DNA of 64,000 nucleotides. It comes from Vicugna vicugna (taxonomy: Eukaryota). The DNA is taken from NCBI GenBank assembly GCA_013265495.1, contig MU057801.1, positions 2,262,301-2,326,300 on the forward strand, in the 5' to 3' direction. The position numbers and the translations under genes are program-made. Of this stretch, positions 12,177 through 23,186 are shown in pieces. The notes beneath the pieces are model-generated. The model was not told the origin of the DNA. It did not search any database and saw only the letters and a list, made by a program, of their open reading frames with translations. Position 1 is the first letter of the stretch; the number at the start of each line of letters is the position of its first letter.

Positions 12177-14849
12177 GGTCCGCTGTGGAGTCAGGCCTGC
12201 TCTGCCCTGTCACCTCCGAGCTGACACGCCGCACCTCCAGCGCACGAATTCACCAGGAAGCCTGCTCCCCTGCGGAGGATTCAAAGCTCTCTCTTCTCCC
12301 GTGGTCAGGGTGCTGGCAGAAAGCTGACTTCTGCTTGGCCAGTTTGGATGGAACCCTTAATGGAGTGAAATGCCTACAGTGTAAGGGAACAGACCGGGGA
12401 CGATGAGGTGCCTGGAACACCCACCCTCCCAAGCTGTTGACGCCCAGGACTGAAGGGCTCTGCTCCTGCAGCCCGTGGGCCTGGAGCCACTGTGCGGCTG
12501 GCACCAGGCATGGAGGGCACGGGCGCAGCCCAGGGGACAGGGCAGGGCGGGCAGGCGGGCGGGGTGTGCAGCATCCACCTCCCGAGCTGCCACGCTCCCT
12601 CCCAGGAGCCCCCCCCGGGGCCCCCTGCTGCAGTTCTCGTTCTGTGTCCGACCCGGGACCCCCGAGCAGTTACCCTCGTGTTTCAGCCTCACACCCACTT
12701 TCACGTTCTCCCCGCTGGCTCTGGGTTCACGCGCCACGCCTCGTGATGGCACTCCGGGTCTCCACCCAGCTTGGTCCTCAGCGCACACCCCTCCTCGCCA
12801 GGCGCCCGCCAGCTGTCAGCTGAAGCCAGGCCAAGGGTGGGGCCCGGGCGGAGACCCTGAAGTCAGCTCGCCCCACACGCTGTACCTTGGGTGGAAACCC
12901 TTGGCAAACTGAAAATGTCTGCCATGCCACAGAACTCAGCTCTGTTGACGGCTGCTCATTCCAGAAGTCAGGGACCGCCCGAGCCCACCTCGTTCCACTG
13001 TTTGTGGTCAAAACCAGCTTCCCGGCTGACCACAGTGCTCCCGGTGCCAAGCCTGCAGGTCCCTGACACCACTGCACACCCGTCCAGTGCCTCGAAACCG
13101 GAGCCAGAGGCCACGGAAATTTCACCATCGCTGCAAAATGTCTGAAAATATCTGAAACGTGCAAAAATCCAAATTTCCTCAACAAATCCCAAGACAGTCG
13201 ATCACAGACAGGTTGTATTTGATGTTGGCTGGCCATGTGATGTAGGCGGCCTGGGCTGGAGCTGTGGCAGCAGCTTCGCTGATACACTGATCTGTGCACG
13301 AAGGCTAGGGAGCTGTGACGGGGGAGGGAAAAGCGCCCCCTCACCAGCACAGCATCCCGGACTGTGAGACCCTTCCACAGTAGCAGGGCTTAACGCCACA
13401 GCAAGCCTTCTCTTCTGCAAACTGTGTAACATTACAGAATTGATTGAAAAATAATTCTTAACAGAATTCTCTGACCATTCTTTTCCAGACACACACCTGC
13501 TGCAGAGTGACCTGATCCCACCCTGAGGGACACGGCTCTTCTGGGAGCTGAGAACCAGTGGGTGAATGCTTAAGTGTCCCCACCCCCCGGCCACACACCC
13601 CTGGCCTCCCGGAGACCCTGCGGAGACACGTGCCCCCGGAGACCGCAGGGGCCTCAGGGCCCTGGCTGCGCAGCAGGCTGGGCCGACTTAGCTTCTCACT
13701 GTGACTTCAGGACCGATTTCAGTACTGAGCGCAGGCCTGGCCCCGAGCGGGTGAGCCCGTGTGCTCACACCCCCACTTTCTCCCTCTGTCCACACCTCTG
13801 TTTCTCCCCCCTCTCTCTCCATCTCTCTCTCCTTCCCTCCTGCCCTGCCTCTCTCTCCCACCCCTAGGCTCACCCCAGGACAGCCAGGCTGTGAGGAAGC
13901 CCAGACCATGTGGCAGCACCGTGGGGCCCCCTGCTGAGAGCCTGCAGCCTGGGGGCTTGTGGGTGGGTGACTTTGTGTGACTTCAGGTGACTCCAGTCTC
14001 CAGGCTTCACATCTCCCAGCTGAGGCCTCATCCTGGAGCAAACGCAAGCCAGGCTGTGCCACACCTGAACTCCTGACTCAGGGAACCTGTGGCAGACAGT
14101 AAACACTGCTTATCGGACCCCAGGTCTGAAGGGATGGACACCTGCCCAGGCATAAGGGAGACGGTCATCAAGTGCCTCAGAGCTCCAGCCGCCACCCCCC
14201 GACCCTCCAGGAGGCTGGCCTGAGCCGGCCCGCTCTCGGGAGAGGAGCTGAGGGGCCGTCGAGCCAGGCAGCCCTCCTGACCAGTCCCCACCTGGCCGCC
14301 TGGAACTGGCCGCCCCGGGGTTCGGTGTCCTGAGCTGCTCCTCCACCCACTCACCACTGCTGTCACTTTGTCCCACGTCGCAGTCTTCATCCATCCCGGG
14401 AAACCACCCAGGGCCAAAGTGCAAAATGCCCAGCACGTGAAAAAAGTGCTGACAACGCAGCATTTTGAGGCAGCACCTCGGAGAGTCTGAACGGCGCCTG
14501 CCTCCCCCAAGGCTCCCAAGACTTCCCTCCAGTAAAGAAAAACCAAGGAGCCCCTCCGCACACCCCTTGTCAAGACACAGAGATACTCTCGGACTTGGCA
14601 GCATTGGGCCCAGGAGCTCCGGGTGAGATGGAGCTGCCGTGCGGACCAGCCGTGCGTGCAGAGGCTCCTTCCCAAGGCTGCGCCACACTCGTGTGGCCAC
14701 TGCTTGAATAGCAGCTCAGAAGCCTGGGACAGGACGAGTCCAGACGGTGTCACCACACACGGGACCTGGCACCACGCCAGGCCTGCACCAACCGCCAGGA
14801 GCGGAGTCCTGGCAACGAGAGAATTCTGCGCGTGGGCTGCGGGCCAGCT

Positions 14850-14950
14850 CTTTTTCTTCCTTTAATGGAGGGACTGTGGTTTGGACCCACAACTGAGCCA
14901 GGACCTCGCGCACACTAAGCACACGCCCTGCCACCGAGCTCCCGACCCCG
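14850..14950 (-). mobile_element. degenerate tRNA-derived SINE (camelid-type)
   Basis: reverse complement ...gtgtgcttagtgtgcgcgaggtcctgg...ccctccattaaagg; same family as the copies at 37838 and 45782. Confidence 0.6.
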
Positions 14951-16394
14951 GGGCCATGTCTGTCAGCGGAAACCAGGAAGGGGCACGTCCCCAGCCCTCA
15001 CAGCAGCCCCTCGGGGCCCATTGCGGGCACTGCTCTCTGGTCAGGACGGTGGTTCTCCCCATCGTCCGGGGCCGGCAGCAGCGGCCCCAGGAAGTCCTGG
15101 GGCTTAGAGATTCAAACTCTGAGCCCAGTCGTCCTGCTGCGGAAACCTGAGGCCAAGCCTCTGGCCCCCGTGAGTTAACAAGCCCTCCAGAGGTGCCGGA
15201 GCCTCCGTCTGCTAGCCTCTGATGTGTCCGGGGTGGTTACTGTCACCGTCACACAGCTGGTACCAAGGCACCGACCCTGTGAGCGGCCAGAGGACCCGTC
15301 TGGAGACTCCCCAGGATGTGTGATGCTGAGACAGTCTTGTCTCCCAGCTCACTGCTGAGGCTGGGGTCCCCTACAGCAACCCTGACAATCATTTTCATGG
15401 GAACAGAGCACTGGGGAGGTGACCCCAGGATGCGCCTGCTGGGCATGGGGGGGGACCAGCACATGGTGTGTTGGGGGCAGGCTGGCACTGGGGCCACCGG
15501 ACACAGCATCAGGCATCCTCAGGGGTGACTCTCCCAGGGCTCAGGAGCTGGGGTATCCACCCCAGCCCCCACCCATCACTGGTGGGGGGCAGCTCTGGGT
15601 GCTGACCCCTGGGCATCTTGCCCTACCCCGGGTGAGGCCAGAATCTGTGGCCAGAGGGCCCTCATCCAGGAAGGAGAGAGGGGAGGGCCCCCATCATCAG
15701 CTCTGGCAGTTTCCTCAGGCCTCCAGGGGAAGAGGAAGGTTCCCATAACTCACCTGTGCGCCTAAGACCCTGGGGTGCTCTGGTTAATTCCGCCACATGG
15801 ATGGAGGCCCTCACATCCCATCTTCCCTGGACACCTCGGTTTCTGGGGGTGGGGCGCTGCCTCTCCAGAGTCAATCCTCCGCTCAAACATCTCTGCTGAC
15901 TCTGAGCGGAAGCAGGGCCCAGTCAGCCGGCCGGGCCGGCCCTCGGCGGGAGAAGCCCTGTCACAGATGACTGGAGGGGGTGACGTGGGGCCCAGCAGGG
16001 ACAGGCAGCTCTACAAGGCCACCTCCCCCGGTAGGCAGGGACCCACTGCGGGCGGGGGCTGAGACACCTGCTCTCCCGGGTGCGGGCAGCTCAGAGCAGC
16101 CATGGCTTAAGGAGGTGCAGTCACCTGGCTGGGTGTCAGGAGGGGCGACGCCTTCCCCAGTCACCTCACAGGTGCACCCAGCATCACCAAGGGGTGGCCG
16201 GTGAAGGACACTGAGCATGGGGGTCCCCTCCTCTCCCAACGCCTACCTTCTTCACAACCGGCACCCACCTCGGCCTGGGGCCTCCCACTGACGGCCTTTT
16301 CCAGACCGCGGCACCAGGGGACGACACCCTCCCAGGAGCCCTCCGCCCTCAGGGCGCCCCAGCTCCCGCCCCACACCAGCCCCCCAGGTGGGGC

Positions 16395-16924
16395 TATTAC
16401 CTGAAAAACTGGGTTCGCCTCTTGATGGGCGTCAAGCCAAACGACACAACCAGGCCAAAGCGCAGGCGCAGGAAGGTTTATTATTTCTTGCGGCAAGTAA
16501 GGGGGACGCCAGGCTCTTCCCCAGAGCAGCGTGCCCCCGAACGGAGAACTGGGGAGGCGTGAAGCCAAGGGCCCACCCGCGCTCACGGGGGCTTGGGCTC
16601 GGCCCAGAGCCCAAGCTGTGGTGGATCCAAGACGCGTATCAGAAGAGGGCAGCACCCTCGCCCGTCCCGGCCAGTCTCCCCTGAAGTGGACCCGGGGCCC
16701 TGACGGGCGGCGGGGCGGCCCTGCTGCCGCTCCCTCTGCCTGGGTGCAGTCCCTGGTCTCGGCGTTCTTGTCTCCCCTTAAGATCGCCAACGGCTGAGGC
16801 CCGCCGGGGTCACTCGGCTGGTTCCTCTCCCCACGGCAGGCCTGGGTGCCGCGCAGAGCGCGGCTGGGCTCCAAGGACATCTGCACTGAGGGCGCCCTGC
16901 AGAGGCTGCACCCCAGAAGTTACA
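16395..16924 (-). mobile_element. solo ERV1-like LTR (Laurasiatherian type)
   Basis: ctgaaaaactgggttcgcctcttg...gtcaagccaaacgacacaacc...tttatt...gcaagtaagg...cccttaagatc resembles a recalled LTR consensus; right boundary approximate. Confidence 0.55.
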
Positions 16925-17864
16925 GCTCTGCTTCTGAACTCAGTCCAGGGCTGCCCGAGCCCAAGGAGGGGCCCGATGCCATCTCCTGACTACGTGGGGG
17001 GGGGGCAAGGTTCTGGGCAAGCATGTGTTTCCCAAGCATCTTTGTGACCATTTTTGGAAAATATAGTCCGGTGCACAAGGGACAAGAAACCACCGGAAGT
17101 CACAGAAGCCACTCTCTGCAGCCTGTGTGTAGGTGTGTGTGAGCATGTGGGTGTGTGAGTAGGTGTGTTTCCACCTCTGCCTCACACCCTCTCTGGGCTC
17201 ATGACCACATCTCAGCCCCTAAACTTAGGGGCCTCCCCTTTTCCTGCCTTCCATGAATCTCCCCAAAAGCCAGGTCCCAAGTGACCTCCCAGAAACGCAG
17301 CCCCGGCTCCCTCTGGCCCAGCAGCAGCTCGGCTGCCTCTTCTGAGGCAGTGAAAAAACCACACACATGGTTTTGGCGGCAACGTGTTAGAGGTGCCACC
17401 ACCCAGGCACTGCCACGGACGCCTGCAGATCAGCCCCAAGTCACGCAGCCTCTGGCGGCAAACACGCACGAGCTCCAGCACCGAGCACCTCGCGGGCCGC
17501 GGGAAGGCGCAGTCCGGTGCTCACGGGCCCACAGGCCCCTAAGTCAGCCGCCTCCAGGCTACCAGGGGCTCAGCGTGCGTGACCAGATGTGTCCTTCCTC
17601 CCTGCAGACTCCACGAGGTACACAGGCCCCTGGCTCCAAGGCTGCTTAAGCCGGGCTCATCTTCCAGAAGGAGCGCCTACCAGTCTGTCCGTACGCTGGT
17701 GCCAAGTTTAGAAGCTGGTTGTTGGAAGGATCCTCGGCAAATAAGAAAGCTGCCATCAATGCAAAACATTGAAGCACACAAAAGGCCTCTGGATGCCAGC
17801 TTTGTGCTCGGCCCCGGGCTAGGACCACACCCCACCTCACGCCCTCCTCACGTGGACCACCGAG

Positions 17865-17935
17865 GGAACAGTGTTATTACTGCTCCTCTTCCGCAGATGA
17901 GGCGCTCAGCCTGAGGCAGGTTAACTCGCTCGCAC
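17865..17935. mobile_element. MIR fragment
   Basis: ttattactgctcctcttccgcagatgaggcgctcagcctgaggcaggttaac resembles the MIR core. Confidence 0.5.
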
Positions 17936-17984
17936 GACTACTCTGCTAGCACACAAAGCCACACTAGCTAACTCACAAGTACCT

Positions 17985-18310
17985 TTATTTATGCCCTGTT
18001 TTAAAAAGTATTTTTTTAAAAAGGGAATTTACTGGCTCATGAAACTAGAAAGTCCCAACTTCAAGGCTGAGTTGGTTCCTAACACAGCCATCAAAGGCTT
18101 GATTTCTCCCCACCTCTTCTGTCTGCCTCATTGTACAAGGGCACCCTCTTCAGGGTGGCAAGATGGCTGCAGCAGCACCATCCACACGTGACATGTCCAG
18201 AAAGAGAAAGAGAAACATCACCTCTTCCAGAATCTCCTGGCAAACTCCTTCTCCAAGCTCAGTGGCCCTAAGTGGGCACCCCACCACCCCAGAGCTGTGC
18301 CCCTTAGAGC
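17985..18310. mobile_element. MaLR LTR remnant (MLT1J/K/L-like)
   Basis: aagggaatttactggctcatgaaactagaaagtcc...ggtggcaagatggctgcagcagc resembles recalled old MLT1 LTRs. Confidence 0.55.
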
Positions 18311-18459
18311 CAGGAGTGACTCTAATCTCTCAAACCCAAAGACCACAGTGGCGGTGGGGGGAGAAGTAAAAACGAGGCTTGCTCCTAAGTAGGGGCCTAA
18401 CTGTCAGGGAGGAGGCAGCACAACTAGAATGCTGCGGAGCAGCTGTGAACCCAAGGCCA

Positions 18460-18530
18460 TCTGTTCATTCAAACGGTGTTTACTGAGCCCTTGCTGTGGC
18501 TCACACACAGTGTTAGATGCTGGAGACACA
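18460..18530 (-). mobile_element. L2 3' end fragment
   Basis: ttcattcaaacggtgtttactgagcc...gtgttagatgctggagacac resembles the reverse-strand L2 terminus. Confidence 0.55.
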
Positions 18531-19099
18531 CCTGAAGGCTCCCCGCCCTCCCGCCTTCCTGCTGCTGCTCTGCTACCTCTCCGGGTTCAAGCCTTGTGTC
18601 TTCAACAGAACTTGAAGCTGAATAATGTCCTCTTAACCAGCCCTTCTGGGGCCGAAGAGGCTGTGGCTCTAGGCTGTCATTTAGTTCTGTCTCTCAGCCT
18701 CCTTCTCTGTAAGTAAAATCAGGAACACCTCCCCTAGAGTCACGAGAACGAAATGAAAAGCGATTATATAGGAAACAAGGAAACTTCAGAGCAGCAAGAC
18801 ACCCACCCCTGCAGGCATGCAGGTCAACCCTCGTTCTCACTGAGTGCTGCTGGGACTCGGAGTTCTGTACATTAAACCCAACGTCACCGTCTGGGGCTTT
18901 GTAAAGACACTGACTGCAGTGTCACTACCGACCCAGAGATGCTAGTTCACCGTTTCCACTTAGCCGGCAGCTAATTTTTTTTAATAATCCACACATTTCT
19001 CCCACTTAAGAGGAGGGTCGCCTACACTGAAGCGCCCACCCAGCTTCTAAATGCGTCCTGACACCGGAGCGCCCGGATTCTCAGGAAGGCAGGCAAAGG

Positions 19100-20396
19100 C
19101 GAGCCCCGGGGAGCCAGAAGGCGAGGGGACGCAGCACACCGCGGGGACGCGCAGCACCGGCAGACCTCACCTGCGCACGGGTCCCGCCGCTCCGCAAGGA
19201 GGCAGTCAGTCCCCCAGCCAGCGCTCTGAACTGTAAACTCTGTCCCCGAGTCCCCCGCCGGCGGGTCCCGTTCTGGTGAGCCTGCTGCTTTAAACAAGAA
19301 CCCTGCAGAAAGTCGGCCCAGGTTCCGTGAGCTGACACGCTCACGCGCGGGAGGAACCACAACCGCGCCCAGCGGGTACCCGGCACGCGGGGCGCAGCCC
19401 GGCCCCACCGCGCCTCCCCGCCAGCCGAGCGGCCCCTTCACCGGAACCGGCTTCCTGGGTCCCCGGGCGTCACCTCCAAGGGGCCGCACTGCAAACTGTA
19501 CAGGAGGGAGGACCCGGTACCGGGTCCGGTGCGGCTCGACGGGCTCGACCCGCTCCGCCCTGGCGCCACCTGCCGTGCGGACTCGCGGCCTCCGCCGGCC
19601 ACTCGTCCCGGTGACCGGGCTTCCGCGGCCGCCTACCGGCTGGAATCGGCGGATCGCAGGAGAACCGGGAACGCGAAGCAGGAGCCCACGCCCACACGGT
19701 CTTCTCCGGCCCAGGGGCTTCCGCGCAGCCGCGAGGCAGCCGCGCCCCCCAGCGCCGGGGGCGGGACCTACGAGGCTTTGCCCAATCAGAAGCCCCCTAG
19801 CCTCGGGCCGGCGTCTGTGACGCGGCTGGACCAATGAAGACTCGAGCGCGGGTTTGCTGTGGTCTTCTGGGAACGCGCCTCTCCCGGAAGCCACCTCCCA
19901 AGAGCCACACCTGGGCGACGCTAGCTTGTGATCTGCCGTCCCACCGGCTGTCAAAGCTGCCCGTCTGGGGCGGGGGCGGGACCAAGCGCTCGCGTCTGCG
20001 CGGAGCTGGCGGGCCGCGCGCGGGAACCCCCGGAGGAGCCGGCGAGACTCGCTCTGTCCCGGGAGGAGGGGGCGCGGCGGCGGGTGGCTTTCCCCAGGCC
20101 GCCTCGGGCGAGCGACGAGGGGCGCGGAGCCTCCGCGGGCCCGGCCCAACCGTCAGGGTTCTCCGTGGATCCGCGGCCCGCGTGACTGGAGCCGCCCACA
20201 CGACCCGGGTCATTTTCCCTAGGCGGACCGACCTGAGGCCCCCGCTGACCCGGATCATCTTCTCCTCGCTGACCCGTGGCCACTGGAACCGCCCACACTG
20301 ACCCGGGACTTCACGCCGACCTGGGGTCGGCCCGTTGACCGGAGTCATTACCCTCACGCTGACCAAGGCCGCGGCCCCGCCGTCATTCCCGCGCAG
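19100..20396 (+). promoter_or_regulatory. NXT1: NXT1 CpG-island promoter and presumed non-coding exon 1
   Basis: CpG-dense; GC box ~19758-19765, CCAAT at 19782-19786 and 19831-19835, ETS CCGGAAG at 19884-19890; no ATG from 19840 to 20396; first strong donor CAG|GTAGGT at 20396/20397; TSS not determinable. Confidence 0.75.
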
Positions 20397-20917
20397 GTAG
20401 GTGCACCGCACAGGTAGGTGCTCCCGCGCAGGTTAGGTGCCCCGCGCAGGTTAGGTGCCTCCGCGCAGGTTAGGTGCCCCCATGCAGGTAGGTGTCCCGC
20501 GCAGGTTAGGTGCCCCGCGCAGGTAGGTGCCCCGCGCAGGTTAGCTGCCCCAGGGCAGGTTAGGTGCCTCTGCGCAGGTAGGTGCCCCGCGCAGGTAGGT
20601 GCCCCACGCAGGTTAGGTGCCTCCGCGCAGGTTAGGTGCCCCCATGCAGGTAGGTGTCCCGCGCAGGTTAGGTGCCCCGCGCAGGTAGGTGCCCCGCGCA
20701 GGTTAGCTGCCCCAGGGCAGGTTAGGTGCCTCTGCGCAGGTAGGTGCCCCGCGCAGGTAGGTGCCCCGCGCAGGTTAGCTGCCCCAGCGCAGGTTAGGTG
20801 CCCCGCGCAGGGTAGGTGCCGCCCCCGCGCAGGGTAGGTGCCACCCCCGCGCAGGTAGGTGCTCCCGCGCAGGTTAGGTGCCCCTTTAAGGTTAGATGCC
20901 CCCGTGCAGGTAGGTGC
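20391..20917 (+). repeat. 17-22 bp minisatellite, ~29 units, consensus GCGCAGGT(T)AGGTGCCCC, with a 162-bp higher-order duplication
   Basis: units parsed by hand; 20444-20605 repeats as 20606-20767 with one mismatch; the ORF track shows the matching 54-aa repeat. Confidence 0.95.
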
Positions 20918-22596
20918 AGGCCCCCTGACCGCGGCTGCCCGCGCAGTGAGACGTCTCCTGGCCTCGAGGCAGGTCTTGGACGGGTCGAAGCGCCGCAGGA
21001 ACGGCCCCCTCCCTGCCGACTCCCAGACGGCGGCTGGTTGAGCTGCGTGGGTGGAGGCGGAGGACCGAGGTGCTGGGAAACCGCGCGGACGCCGGGTGGT
21101 GGGGAGCTCCGGTGAGGGAGACAGGGCCGCAGGGGGAAATTACAGACTAGTGGTCCGGACCGTGCGCGCACGGACTTGACCTCGGAAGAGCAGGAGCCAG
21201 TGAGAGGGTCACTCTGTTTTTGTAGACGGCAGATCCGGGCGGAGCCGACCCTGGACCCTCATCCACACTGCGTTTTCACTTCTCATTAGTGAAGTTGTTA
21301 CGGTAACATCCCCTCTTGGTGACCATTGAAGGACGCGGTGCCTGTAAATCGCTAGGAAAGTAGAGATCGGAGTGAGAGTGTGCAGGAGTTGGACTTGAGG
21401 TCCGCTGAGGAGCTGGCAGGGCCGGGTCCTCACCTGGCCCCGACCTCACACTCCTTTCTAGGACTCAGCTCCTGCCCAGCCTCTCCAGTTCTCCCCTAGA
21501 GGCACTGGCCTCCTAGTTCCTCAGCTCGTAGGAGAGCCCAACTCCTTCCCAGCCCTGCCTGCGATCCTTCATCCTTCCCATAAGCCGATTTTTTTTTAAA
21601 GCAAAGGTTTTTGAAATGAAAAAAAATTCAGTATTTAAGTCTGTAAATCTAAGCACATCCAGTATTTTAGTAATGTTGCCCTTTGTTGGATTTTTGTTTA
21701 GTGAAGTTTTAATCACACAAAAAGAATACAGCTATGACGGTTGTACCATATGCTGAAGAAAAACAAATAATAATATTTCTGTATGCTTCTGGACTTTTTT
21801 TTTAAGGAAATGTGATATTTGAGCTACAATTGAAATTCTTTTTTGCTGCCATCACCTCTTCACTCCCCACCCCATAGGACGTCTTCCATCTGACCTGTCT
21901 TCCATGGGCTCAGGGGACATCCCTGTGCTCCCAGAAGCTGCGCATCCTCCCTTCTCATCCCAGCCCGCTGCCAGCTTTGCTTCCTAGAGCCCCTCGTGGG
22001 GGTTGTGGCTCCACCTTGGTCCTGTCCTGCCCCTGTGGCATTTGTTTTCTTAAGCCGGCCTTCTCTTCGCCCTCCCAGTGCCTGTGGGTGCCCTCCCAGC
22101 AGGCCGTCACCAGATGATGAGCTGTGCCGTCTGGCCTGGATTGGGCCACTGTTCCTGCCCCGTGCTGCACTGTCTTTACCCGGGATAAACTGCTTCCCTT
22201 CTTCTCAGGGGCAGTCACACCTGTCCCAGGCCTACAGGAGAAAGTGGCATTCCATACTGTAGCTTATGAGATGAGATTGTGGAAATTCACAGTGACAGCT
22301 TCCATCTCTGGGCGTCAGGCTCTTTAACCGCGTGCGCGGCATGCAGTCTTGTGCCGCCTGCGCGGTGGTGCCCAAGTTGGGGTGGCCCGTGTAGCAGGAG
22401 CGACTGAGGCTGGGTGGGGCCTCGCATTGGCATCGGCACACACCTGGGTGGTCTCCCCACAGAGCAGCAGGATGTCCTTTGCAGGGCAGCATGCACGGTG
22501 ACATTCACACAGGCCTCTTCACCCTTCCTGCCCTGCAGCCCAGCGCCCTCGGGTGCAGGGAGCACCTGGGCGGAGGCCTCCTCCTGTGGACCAGAG

Positions 22597-23019
22597 ATGG
22601 CGTCCGTGGACTTCAAGACCTACGTGGACCAGGCCTGCCGCGCGGCGGAGGAGTTCGTGAACGTGTACTACAGCACTATGGACAAGCGGCGGCGCCTGCT
22701 GTCCCGCCTGTACTTGGGCACGGCCACCCTGGTGTGGAACGGGAACGCCGTCTCTGGACAGGAGTCCTTGAGTGAGTTTTTTGAGATGCTGCCTTCCAGC
22801 GAGTTCCAGATCAACGTGGTGGACTGCCAGCCCGTTCACGACGAAGCCACCCCGAGCCAGACCACCGTCCTTGTGGTGATCTGTGGGACGGTGAAATTCG
22901 AGGGCAACAAACAGCGGGACTTCAACCAGAACTTCATTCTGACCGCCCAGGCCTCGCCAGGCAACACGGTGTGGAAGATCGCCAGTGACTGCTTCCGCTT
23001 CCAGGACTGGGCGTGCTAG
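22597..23019 (+). CDS. NXT1: NTF2-related export protein 1 (p15), 140 aa, single coding exon
   Basis: [25 protein letters not shown]...[14 protein letters not shown] is the NXT1 NTF2-like fold; ATG 22597, TAG 23017-23019; likely acceptor cttcacccttcctgccctgcag ending at 22538. Confidence 0.98.
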   Translation: MASVDFKTYVDQACRAAEEFVNVYYSTMDKRRRLLSRLYLGTATLVWNGNAVSGQESLSEFFEMLPSSEFQINVVDCQPVHDEATPSQTTVLVVICGTVKFEGNKQRDFNQNFILTAQASPGNTVWKIASDCFRFQDWAC

Positions 23020-23180
23020 TGGGGACAGGGCGACACCCCCAGCCTGCACTCTGCCCTCGCCCGAGTCCAGGGGCCCCTTTCTGGGCACGTGCGTGTTTGT
23101 CATAGATGCCTTTTCAAAATAGTAAGATTCTCTATTTTTCTACTTGCCCAGTAGAGACCCTGGTTCTGGAAATTCTGATG

Positions 23181-23186
23181 AATAAA
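23181..23186 (+). terminator. NXT1: NXT1 poly(A) signal AATAAA
   Basis: AATAAA ~160 nt after the stop, followed by a GT/T-rich tract. Confidence 0.8.

Noticed and set aside
1-19000. Search for an additional protein gene or processed pseudogene upstream of NXT1
   Set aside because: No ORF or exon chain resembled a known family; only repeats and motif clusters were seen
19022-20149. 375-aa ORF (also 32002-33036 at 344 aa and 32547-33356)
   Set aside because: Low-complexity R/P/G/A ORFs over CpG islands where stop codons are rare
20418-20837. Repetitive 139-aa ORF resembling a repeat protein
   Set aside because: It is a translation of the minisatellite and has a non-ATG start
20391-20917. CRISPR-like array or telomeric repeat
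   Set aside because: Units abut with no unique spacers; they contain TTAGGT, not TTAGGG; eukaryotic intron context
20391-20917. ZEB/Snail half-sites (CAGGTA, AGGTG) in each unit
   Set aside because: These motifs follow automatically from the splice-donor sequence; no independent evidence
22414-22596. 201-aa ORF suggesting a longer genomic NXT1
   Set aside because: The start is a non-ATG codon in presumed intron sequence upstream of the 22538 acceptor; only the last 58 nt are exonic
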